A stretch of DNA of 27,812 nt from an uncultured bacterium (GTDB lineage Bacteria; Hydrogenedentota; Hydrogenedentia; Hydrogenedentales; JAEUWI01): contig CAXBPH010000072.1 in the NCBI GenBank assembly GCA_963977445.1, positions 1 through 27,812 on the forward strand, in the 5' to 3' direction. Position numbers and translations under genes: made by a program. Below are positions 18,879 through 27,790 of this stretch, piece by piece (positions within the stretch are counted from its first letter, which is position 1; every line of letters starts with the position of its first letter). Below the pieces are notes generated by a model. The model was not told the DNA's origin, ran no database searches, and saw only the letters and a program-made list of their open reading frames with translations.

Positions 18879-19254
18879 AGTAAGCTCCCTCAATTCGTTG
18901 TTTCGCCACCACGCGCAACGCTCCATGCAAGACGCACCCGGATCGACATGTTCGATACCGTCCCAGACATCATAGCAGAGCGTATCGCCACCCAACACAG
19001 CGTTCCTTCTATCAATTTATGAGCCTGGTCTGGAAGACCTCCGATAATTCGGAGTACCCTTTTGTTGTGGTCATTCTATTGAAGCGGGGCCACGAAGACA
19101 GCTACTATCTCTTCGAGGAGAGTTCACCCCATTCAGGTATGGTCCGGCAATCTCTGGCCATGGCGTTAGCGGGCTCCTTCAATTCGGTGTTGGGGGTGCA
19201 CGGCGGGGTTCATCGATAACGGAGAGACGATATCGCTTCACGAAGCGGTCAAGA

Positions 19255-22200
19255 GTGGGCAAATTGGCTAAACCGACCTTCAATAACTGGACAACCATCT
19301 CAGAATCCCAGTTTCCCTGGGAACGCGATGCGCTGGAATTCGTCCGAGCGCAATTCCCCACACACGAGCCCTATCGGGCCTGGTCCAATTTCGAGTTTAT
19401 CGCCGAAGATGGTAGCGTCAACGAAGTAGACCTGCTCATCTTCTCGCCCCAGGGCTTCTTCCTCATCGAGATCAAAAGTCACCCAGGCCGTCTCTCCGGC
19501 GACGCCGGCACCTGGACCTTCACCGAGAGCGGAAAGATCTGGACGTTAGACAACCCCCTCCTGAGCGCTAACCGCAAGGCCAAAAAGCTCAATTCTCTCC
19601 TTGGCCGTCAGAAGGGTGCCAATAAGAAAGGCCCCATTCCCTATATCGAAGCCCTCGTGTTCTGCTCCCATGCGGACCTGAAGTGCGCGCTGCAAGGCAC
19701 GGCCCTTAGTGGCGTCTGCCTGAGGGATACGGCAGCGGAAAAAGACCGCTCCGCACGCCCCGGCATCATGGCCGCCATAAAACGACGGGAATGTCCCGGC
19801 CTCACCAGTCAGCCCCGGGGCACCCACGACCGGCCCACGGCCAAGGTGGTCAGCCAGGCCCTTGATAAAGCGGGCATACGGCCCCTGCAGCGCACCCGCC
19901 GGGTTTCCGATTATATCTTGGAATCGCTGCTCGACGAAGGCCCCGGTTACCAGGACTGGCTCGCGTCTCACGCCACGTTGAAAGACTCAAAGCGCCGTAT
20001 CCGCCTCTACAACGTACGGCGCGAGGCAAACGCCGAAGACCGTAGCGTCATTGAGCGCGCCGCCAAACGGGAGTTCCAACTCCTCGAAACCGTGCAACAC
20101 GCCGGCATCCTCCGGGCCCACGGCTTCACCGAACACGAACTCGGCCCCGCCCTCATCCTGGAGCACGATCCTGCGGCCCGCCGCCTCGATCTCTATCTCG
20201 CCGAGAGCCAGCAATCCCTGGGCGCAGAAAAGCGCCTTTACCTGCTCCGCCAGATCGCCGAGGTCGTGCGTTTCGCCCACGAAAAGAAGGTGGTCCACCG
20301 CGCTATTTCGCCCCGAAGCATCCTCGTCACCGATCCCGAAAGTGATCACCCCAAAATTCGCCTCTACAACTGGCAACTGGGCTACCGCGACGCCGGCACC
20401 ACCTCGACTGGTGCACCCATATCCAGAACGTCCCATATCGACCGTCTCGTGGATGATTCCAGCACCGCCTTCATGGCACCCGAGGCCCTCTCCGGGGCAG
20501 ACGAGCTCGGCGAACACGTGGATGTCTTCTCCCTGGGCGCGCTGGCCTACTATCTCTTCTCTGGCATGCTCCCAGCCGAAAACGGCGTAGCCCTCAGCGA
20601 AAAACTCCGTGGCAGCAGCGGCCTGCAGATTTCCTCCGTTCTCAACGGAGCTGGTGAAGCCCTCCAGGAGCTCGTGGCCTACAGCACCCACCCCGACGTG
20701 GCCAACCGGCTCGAAATCGTATCCGATTTTCTCGAAATGCTGGACAGCGTCGAGCAGGAACTCCACGCCCCCGCCCACGACATCGTGGAAAATCCCACCG
20801 AGGCCCAGAGTGGCGATCTGCTGCCTGGCGGACTCACCGTCGTCCGGCGCCTGGGCCACGGCAGTACCTCCATCGCCCTCCTCGTCAAGCGGGACGAAGC
20901 CTATTATGTCCTTAAGGTGGCCGCCGACCCCGAATACAACCAGCGCCTCCAGGATGAAGCGGAAATTCTCCAGAAACTGCGCCACCAGCATATCGTCGAG
21001 TTCCACGAGCTCGTCCACATCGGCGATCACCAGGGCGTCCTGGTCCACCCCGCCTTTTCCGACAAAGAAAAACTCCGCATCGAAACCCTGGGCGACCGCC
21101 TTCGCAGAGAGCGCCAGCTCCACGTCGATCTGCTCCAGCGCTTTGGCGAAGACCTCATCGGCACCGTCAGCTACCTCGAAGAACAGGGCATCCCCCACCG
21201 GGACATCAAGCCCGACAACATTGCCGTGGGTATGGTGGGTAAGGGCGACAAACTACATCTGGTCCTTTTCGATTTCTCCCTCTCCCGCGCGCCCGCCGAC
21301 AGCGTCCGCGCCGGCACCAAGGGTTACCTCGATCCCTTGCTACCTGTGCGCAAACGGTGGGACCTCCAGGCCGAGCGCTATGCCGTAGCCGTCACCCTCT
21401 TTGAGCTGGCCACAGGCTCCCTGCCCCAATGGGGCGATGGTAAGACCGACCCCTCGCACCTCTCGTGTGAGGTTAGTCTTGATCCAGAGCGTTTCGACGC
21501 CAGCCTGCGCGATGCCTTCACCGCCTTTTTCCAACAGGGCCTCCGCCGCGACGCCGCCGCCCGCTTCGACAACGCCGAAGACATGCTCCGCGCCTGGCGC
21601 AAGGCCTTCGAAGGCATTGAAGCCCCTGGCGCCCTCACCGAACTTATCACCCCCGAGGACAGGGCCGCGCTGGACGAGCGCCTGGCCCAGGCCACGCCCG
21701 ATACGCCCATTCACGAGCTCGATCTGGGCACCCGCGCCACCAACGCCCTCGATCGCATGAACGTCATCACCGTTAACGATCTCCTCACCATTAAGTTGAA
21801 GGTCCTCCAGCGTCAGCCCGGCGTGGGCAACAAGACCCGCCGCGAGATCGCCCTGGCCACCCGGGCCCTGCGCAAGCGCCTCGGTGCCCTCCCTGCACCC
21901 GAGTCCCGCGTATCGACTACCGAAACGACCGAAGAGACCGGCGACCCCGCCACCATGAGTGTCGATGGCCTTGCGGCCCGCGTCCACAGCCCCGCCCTGA
22001 AGAAAGGTCCGTCTGGGCAGGCCACCATGAATGCCCTCCTGGGCCTCGATACCGCCGTGGACGACCCCTGGCCGAGCCAGATTGAGGTGGCGCGCAAGAT
22101 CGAGCTCACCCGCGCCCGCGTCGGCCAGTTGCTCGGCGGCTTCCAGGAACGCTGGAAAAAACAGCCCTCCATTACCCGCCTTCGGGAAGACCTCGCTGAG

Positions 22201-23487
22201 GCCCTCGAAGGGGCCGGCGGCGTGATGACCGCCGGGGAACTCGCCCAGGCCGTCCTCGCCGCCCGGGGCTCCGTGGAAGAAGAACCCCACCGCAGCCGCC
22301 TGGCCAACGCCGTCGTCCGCGCCGCCGTGGAAGTCGAGCGCACCCTCAAAGATCCACGCTTTTCCGTCCGCCGCACCGGGAAACTGGTCCTCATTGCCCT
22401 GAACGGCAGCCTCGCAGACTATGCCATCTGTCTGGGCAAAGCCGCCGACGAGCTGGCCCAGGAAGATCCCCTCGTGCCCCCCACACGGGTGCTGGAGAAG
22501 CTGCAACGGATCAAGCTCCCGGCCGAGGCGATCCCCGGGGCGCTGGCCGATGCACGACTCATCCGCCTCGCCGCCAGCGCATCGCAAAACGCCGCGGTGT
22601 CGAGTCGCCAGGAGCTCTATCCCCGGGGCATGGCCGCCGACCGCGCTCTCAAGCTCGCCCAGAGCGCCCTGCCCGCCATGCAGAAAATGACGATCGACCA
22701 AATCCGCGATCGCGTCGCCAGCCGCTATCCCGAGGCCCACCGTCTCCCCCCGCGGCCCAAGCTCGATGCCCTCCTCGCCGAGGCGGGCTTCGATCTCCTG
22801 TGGGATGCCGCCGAAAATGGGGGCCAGGGCGCCTACGTCAACCGCTTCGCCGCCACCAGTTCCCTCACCCACAGCTCGGGAACCCTCGGTCGACATTCCA
22901 CCGTCACCGTAGCTCCCGGCACAACCTTTACGCCCGAAATCGCCGACGCACGTCACTTCGAGGAAAAACTGCAGCGGGGCCTGAAAGACGGTGCCTTCTT
23001 CACCCTCATGGTCGCCCCCAAGCGCTACCAGGCCGCCGCCGACGAGCTGGCCCGACGCTTCCCCGTTGAACGCATTGACTTCGAGGGCCTCTTCATCGAC
23101 GCACTGAAGGCCGCTGCCGACGCTGCCGGCATCGATTGGAAGCTCGTCTGCAAAACCGACGCCACCCCCGGCACCGCCGACTGGAGCAAGCTCCTCCTCC
23201 TCGTGAAGCGCGCCCTGCCGGCCGTTGAGGAACGACTGCGCGCGGCCAAAAATACCATTCTTCTCGTCTATCCCGGGCTCATCGCCCGCTATGAACAAAT
23301 GGACCTGCTCGAGCGCCTCCGCGACCAATCTGGACGCCGCGACGGCATCCCCGGCTGCTGGATCCTGGCCCCCGGCGATCAGGCCGCTATCGAAAACCGC
23401 GCCATCCCATTACTCGGCGCGGGCCAGTGCGCGCGCATACCGAAGAGTTGGTTGGAGAACGCCCATCGGGCGGTGAGGGAAATGTGA
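19255..23487 (+). CDS. pglW: BREX type 2 (Pgl) serine/threonine kinase PglW
   Basis: SQFPWERDAL...WSNFEFIAEDGSVNEVDLL...IEIKS (NERD domain); a degenerate kinase domain (HRAISPRSI); an intact kinase domain (VLKVA, HRDIKPDN, LFDFSL); an RNAP alpha-CTD-like domain (LGTRATNALDR...GVGNKTRREI); an HTH (SQIEVARKIELTRARVGQL). 1410 aa and upstream of pglX. Confidence 0.92.
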   Translation: MGKLAKPTFNNWTTISESQFPWERDALEFVRAQFPTHEPYRAWSNFEFIAEDGSVNEVDLLIFSPQGFFLIEIKSHPGRLSGDAGTWTFTESGKIWTLDNPLLSANRKAKKLNSLLGRQKGANKKGPIPYIEALVFCSHADLKCALQGTALSGVCLRDTAAEKDRSARPGIMAAIKRRECPGLTSQPRGTHDRPTAKVVSQALDKAGIRPLQRTRRVSDYILESLLDEGPGYQDWLASHATLKDSKRRIRLYNVRREANAEDRSVIERAAKREFQLLETVQHAGILRAHGFTEHELGPALILEHDPAARRLDLYLAESQQSLGAEKRLYLLRQIAEVVRFAHEKKVVHRAISPRSILVTDPESDHPKIRLYNWQLGYRDAGTTSTGAPISRTSHIDRLVDDSSTAFMAPEALSGADELGEHVDVFSLGALAYYLFSGMLPAENGVALSEKLRGSSGLQISSVLNGAGEALQELVAYSTHPDVANRLEIVSDFLEMLDSVEQELHAPAHDIVENPTEAQSGDLLPGGLTVVRRLGHGSTSIALLVKRDEAYYVLKVAADPEYNQRLQDEAEILQKLRHQHIVEFHELVHIGDHQGVLVHPAFSDKEKLRIETLGDRLRRERQLHVDLLQRFGEDLIGTVSYLEEQGIPHRDIKPDNIAVGMVGKGDKLHLVLFDFSLSRAPADSVRAGTKGYLDPLLPVRKRWDLQAERYAVAVTLFELATGSLPQWGDGKTDPSHLSCEVSLDPERFDASLRDAFTAFFQQGLRRDAAARFDNAEDMLRAWRKAFEGIEAPGALTELITPEDRAALDERLAQATPDTPIHELDLGTRATNALDRMNVITVNDLLTIKLKVLQRQPGVGNKTRREIALATRALRKRLGALPAPESRVSTTETTEETGDPATMSVDGLAARVHSPALKKGPSGQATMNALLGLDTAVDDPWPSQIEVARKIELTRARVGQLLGGFQERWKKQPSITRLREDLAEALEGAGGVMTAGELAQAVLAARGSVEEEPHRSRLANAVVRAAVEVERTLKDPRFSVRRTGKLVLIALNGSLADYAICLGKAADELAQEDPLVPPTRVLEKLQRIKLPAEAIPGALADARLIRLAASASQNAAVSSRQELYPRGMAADRALKLAQSALPAMQKMTIDQIRDRVASRYPEAHRLPPRPKLDALLAEAGFDLLWDAAENGGQGAYVNRFAATSSLTHSSGTLGRHSTVTVAPGTTFTPEIADARHFEEKLQRGLKDGAFFTLMVAPKRYQAAADELARRFPVERIDFEGLFIDALKAAADAAGIDWKLVCKTDATPGTADWSKLLLLVKRALPAVEERLRAAKNTILLVYPGLIARYEQMDLLERLRDQSGRRDGIPGCWILAPGDQAAIENRAIPLLGAGQCARIPKSWLENAHRAVREM

Positions 23488-23517
23488 ATAGTGAATTTAG
23501 AATAGTGAATTTAGAAT
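23486..23517 (+). repeat. 14-bp tandem repeat overlapping the pglW stop codon
   Basis: GAATAGTGAATTTA x2 (23486-23513) plus GAAT. Confidence 0.85.
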
Positions 23518-23533
23518 GAAGATGGGTCGGACA

Positions 23534-23696
23534 AAGAAAGGGGCTCAGACATTCCTGTCTGAGATTAAGAAAGGGACTCAGACATTCCTGTCTGAGATTA
23601 AGAAAGGGTCTCAGACATTCCTGTCTGAGATTAAGAAAGGGACTCAGACATTCCTGTCTGAGATTAAGAAAGGGTCTCAGACATTCCTGTCTGAGA
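23534..23696 (+). repeat. Tandem array of five 33-bp palindrome-containing units (REP-like)
   Basis: Unit AAGAAAGGG[G/A/T]CTCAGACA-TTCC-TGTCTGAG-ATT starts at 23534, 23567, 23600, 23633 and 23666 (last copy ends after ...GAGA). The single variable base reads G,A,T,A,T. Confidence 0.95.
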
Positions 23697-23820
23697 AAGA
23701 GCCCACGTCAATATTAGAAAGGCCCGTTGGCATGTATATCAGTCCCAGAAAAACAGTTTGTTGGCATCCCAGGTGACTCCACAACTTCTCCGGGCCTCTT
23801 CAGGTCTGGGCGCGCTTTGC

Positions 23821-23847
23821 CTCAGACAGGAATGTCTGAGCCCCTTT
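23821..23847 (-). repeat. Inverted partner copy of the 33-bp unit core
   Basis: CTCAGACAGGAATGTCTGAGCCCCTTT is the exact 27-nt reverse complement of 23537-23563. Confidence 0.92.
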
Positions 23848-23885
23848 GGGCCCAAGACCACAACCAGAATCGATAGAACAAACTC

Positions 23886-26800
23886 ATGGTAGACAAAAAA
23901 CAACTCCTCGACGGCTGCAAAGGCCTCATGAAAGCCCTGGAACTCGACCTCACCGCCCGGAGCCATGGGGCCACCGCCCTGCCGGAAATCGTCGAAACCC
24001 TCCAGCGTGAATACCAGGAAGCCAAGGACGCCAAACGCACCGCCCAGAACTTTGAGGACTGGCGCTCGGACTATGCCACCCAGCAGGCCGCCGCCTGGGT
24101 GCTCAGCACCGTCTTTGTCCGCTTTCTGGAGGACAACGGCCTCATCGCGCCGCCCCGTTGGGCCGGGCGAGGCCCTCCGCCATGCCCGGGACCAGCACGA
24201 GCTCTACTTCCGCGATCACCCCACCGAAACCGACCGGGAATACCTCCTCCATGTCTTCCACGCCGTGGGCCAGCGCCCCGGCGGCCAGGAGATCTTCGGG
24301 CCCCACAACCCCGTCTTCGAACTGCCCCAATGGCTCAGTGGCGACGCCGCGGGCGACATCCTGGCCTTCTTCCAGCGCATCGACGCCGACACGGGCGAAC
24401 TGCACCACGATTTCACCGACCCCGACTGGGACACCCGCTTCCTGGGCGATCTCTATCAGGACCTCTCCGAGGCGGCGCGAAAGAAGTACGCCCTCCTCCA
24501 GACCCCCGAGTTTGTGGAGGAATTCATCCTCGACCGCACCCTCGACCCCGCCCTGGACGAATTCGGCCTGGACGCCCCGGCGGTGGAAAACCGCGACGGC
24601 GACCCCATCACGGCCCCCGGCTTCCGCCTTATCGACCCCGCCTGCGGCAGCGGCCACTTCCTCCTAGGCACCTTCCGCCGCCTCCTCGACCGGTGGCAAC
24701 GCCAGGAACCCGGTGCCAAGGCCCCCGACCTCGTCCAGCGCACCCTCCACAGCGTCTGCGGCGTGGACATCAACCCCTACGCCATTGCCATCGCCCGATT
24801 CCGCCTCCTCATCGCCGCCCTCCAGGCCTGCGGCATCGGACGCCTCCAGGACGCCCCCGCCTTTCACTTCAACCTCGCCGCCGGGGACTCCCTCCTCCAT
24901 GGCGCACCCGGCGCGGATCAACAACTCTTCGGCTTCGACCCCCTGAGCCACCACTACCAGAGCGAGGACCTCGACGCCCTCCGCCAGCTCCTCCGCCCCG
25001 GCACCTACCACGCCGTCGTGGCCAATCCGCCCTATATCACGCCCAAAGACAAACTGCTCAACCAGGCCTACCGCGATCGCTACCGCGCCTGCCACCGGCA
25101 ATACGCCCTCACCATACCCTTCATGGAGCGCATCTTCGGCCTCGCCATCCAGGGCGGCTTCACGGGCCAGATTACCTCCAACAGTTTTATGAAACGGGAA
25201 TTCGGCAAGAAACTCATCGAATCCTTCTTCCCCACGGTGGACCTGACCCATGTCATCGACACCAGCGGCGCCTACCTCCCCGGCCACGGCACGCCCACCG
25301 TCATCCTCCACGGCCGCAATCGTGCCCCCGTCGCCAGCACCCTGCGCACCGTCCTCGGCATCCGCGGGGAACCCAGTACGCCACAAGACCCCGCGAAGGG
25401 GCTCGTCTGGTCGGCTATCGTGGACCAGATAGACCGACCGGGGAGTGAGTCGGACTATGTGAGCAGTGGGGACTCGGATCGGAGTCTGTTTCATTCTCAC
25501 CCGTGGTCCATTGGTGGCGGTGGCGCATCGGAGCTCAAAGAGCATATTGAGCTGTCTTCGAAGAGTATTCTTGGGAAGTGCGTATCGATTGGAATTGGTG
25601 CGATTACCGGGGAAGATAACTGTCTAGTCTACCCAGTTGGCGCGACTTCCGGGCGTCTTCATCTTGCGGTGAGAGAGCTATTGATTGGCGAGCCGATTAG
25701 AGATTGGTCCGCCATTGCCGACCAGGTTGTGCTCTGGCCAAATACTCCCACAGGAGAACGAAAACCAGAAGACGAAGTCCAGCACCACAAACGGCACCTT
25801 TGGGCATTTCGTCGCACATTGAAAAGTCGGTTACTTTTTAGTGTCCCGTTGGAGGAAAAAGGTATTCCTTGGTGGGCTTTAAAGGAGGTCTACACCGACA
25901 AACTCCGCACCCCCCTCTCCATCGTGTTTGCGTTCGTGGCGACGCACAACCATTTCGTGCTGGACCGGGGCGGCAAGGTGTTCAAGCAGTCCGCGCCGGT
26001 CATCAAGCTGCCCGAAGGGGCGACGGAAGAGGAGCACCTGGCGCTCTTGGGACTGCTGAATTCCTCCACCGCGTGCTTTTGGATGCAGCAGGTATTTCAC
26101 AATAAGGGTGGGCCCGGCGGCGGTAGCTCCAAAGATGAGAAGTGGCATGATTTCTTCGAGCACGACGGCACCAAACTTAAGCAATTCCCCCTGCCCGCCG
26201 AGCGCCCGACAGCCTTGGCGCGGGTACTGGACGGCCTGGCGCAAGAGACTAGCGCGTGCACTCCCGCGGCGGTGCTGGCGGTGTGGGATGGAGCGGCGGA
26301 CCTCGGCGCAACGCTAGAAATGGCCCGTGCTCAGTCGGAAACCCTGCGGAGCCAACTAATCGCCCTGCAGGAGGACCTGGACTGGCAGAGCTACCGCCTC
26401 TACGGCCTGCTGGACGAAGACCTCACCCTGGAAGGAACGCCCCCGATGAAGCTGGGCGAGCGCGCCTTTGAAATCGTCCTGGCGCAGAAACTGGCGGCGG
26501 GCACGGTGTCCACCATTTGGTTTGAACGCCTTGGTGCGAAGTCTATAACGGAAATTCCGGTGCACTGGCCCGAGGCCTACCGTGCGCTGGTGCAACGGCG
26601 CATTGACCTTATCAATTCCGACAAGAACATCAGGCTCGTTGAGCGGCCGGAGCACAAGCGACGTTGGGAAACCGAATCGTGGGACTCCCAACAGGAACGG
26701 GCCCTGCGCGGGTGGCTGTTGGACCGGCTGGAGCGCTATTTCGATTTCGATGGGCGTATGAATGACGACGGCACGCCGACGGCGGAGCTGGCGGTGGAAC

Positions 26801-27564
26801 TGTGCTCCACGGCCCACCTGGCGGACATCGCCCAGCGGGACCCGGCCTTCCATGCGGCGGCCGCGTTGTACACCAACGACCCCGCCTTCGATGGGGCGCG
26901 GCTGGTGGCGGAGTTGGTGGCGTCGGCGAGCGTGCCCCACCTGCCCGTGCTGCGCTACAAGCCCGCGGGCCTGCGCAAGCGGGAAGTCTGGGAACAGACC
27001 TGGGCCCTCCAGCGTCAGGAGGACGTCCTCGACGCCTGCGCGGCACTGCCGGAGGATCATCCCAACCACCTGTCCAGAGACGAGGCGGACAAGCGGAAAA
27101 AAGCGTCCATCGGGGACATCCCCGTGCCGCCGAAATACGGCAGTGGCGATTTTCTGAAGAGCAGCTACTGGAAGCTCCGGGGCAAGCTCGACGTGCCCAA
27201 AGAGCGCTGGCTGAGCTTCCCCCACGGCGAGGGCCAGGACGGCAGCCTCATGATTGCCTGGGCCGGCTACGATCACCTCCAACTCACCCAGGCCCTCAGT
27301 GCCCACTACGTGGACGTGCAACAGAACATCGGCGGCAGCGACGACCCCCGGCTCCTCCCCCTGCTCGCGAGTTTGATTGAACTAATCCCCTGGCTCAAAC
27401 AATGGCACAACGACCTCGACCCCGAGTTCAACATGGCCATGGGGGATTACTTCGAAGGCTTTGTGCAGGAAGAGGCGCGGGACCTTGGGATGACACTGGA
27501 GGAGGTGAAGGGCTGGGAAGCGCCAAAGAAAATGAAAGTTGCACGCAAAAAGAAGAAGGAATAG
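23886..27564 (+). pseudogene. pglX: BREX type 2 adenine DNA methyltransferase PglX, split by a +1 frameshift near 24159 (pseudogene, phase-OFF allele or sequence error)
   Basis: A PglX-like N-terminus (MVDKKQLL...AAAWVLSTVFVRFLEDNGLI) is in the frame starting 23886. The remainder (GPGEALRHARD..., WDTRFLGDLYQDLSE...KYALLQTPEFVEEFILDRTL, motif I DPACGSGHFL, motif IV NPPY, FVATHNHF, RGKLDVPKER) is in the 23965..27564 frame. Confidence 0.88.
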
Positions 27565-27596
27565 TGAATTGAGAATAGTGAATGGTGAATAGTGAA
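27559..27596 (+). repeat. 14-bp (7+7) tandem repeat overlapping the pglX stop codon
   Basis: GAATAGTGAATTGA, GAATAGTGAATGGT, GAATAGTGAA; the stop TAG at 27562-27564 lies inside the first unit. Confidence 0.85.
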
Positions 27597-27628
27597 ACGG
27601 GAACGAAGGGTGAAGAGGGAATTCCCCA

Positions 27629-27790
27629 CTCGTTCCCACGCTCTGCTTGGGAATGCAGTCCCCGAAGCTCTGCTTCGACGTTGCGAAACATGGTGAATAG
27701 GTATTTAAACCACGAATGAACACAACGCAGCCGTTGGCCGCAACCGAAAAGAGAAATTTTCACCACGAAGGACACGAAGAGCACGAAGAA
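27629..27790. repeat. Cluster of short REP-like hairpins and a 9-bp tandem repeat
   Basis: Imperfect hairpin GTTCCCACGC-TCT-GCTTGGGAAT, hairpin CGAAGC-TCT-GCTTCG (27663-27677), and CACGAAGGA/CACGAAGAG/CACGAAGAA (27764-27790). Confidence 0.6.

Noticed and set aside
20200..20700. Degenerate first kinase domain of PglW as a novel inactivation
   Set aside because: HRA in place of HRD and the missing DFG are real, but as far as I know a degenerate first kinase domain plus an intact second one is usual for PglW. The frame is intact.
19987..23328. Long minus-strand ORFs (403 aa and 662 aa) opposite pglW, and similar ones opposite pglX, rpoD and smpB
   Set aside because: Expected antisense open frames in high-GC genes with strong codon bias; no recognisable motifs.
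23534..23696. CRISPR array
   Set aside because: The units are directly adjacent. The 13 nt between hairpins are identical except for one base, so there are no unique spacers, and no cas gene is in the window.
23965..24159. ATG 23965 as the true start of a 1199-aa PglX
   Set aside because: The first ~65 residues (MGPPPCRKSSKPSS...) look like off-frame sequence, while the overlapping frame from 23886 carries the PglX-like N-terminus.
23886..25448. 520-aa ORF as an independent gene
   Set aside because: Only the first ~91 codons are PglX-like; the rest is Pro/Arg-rich out-of-frame read-through caused by the frameshift.
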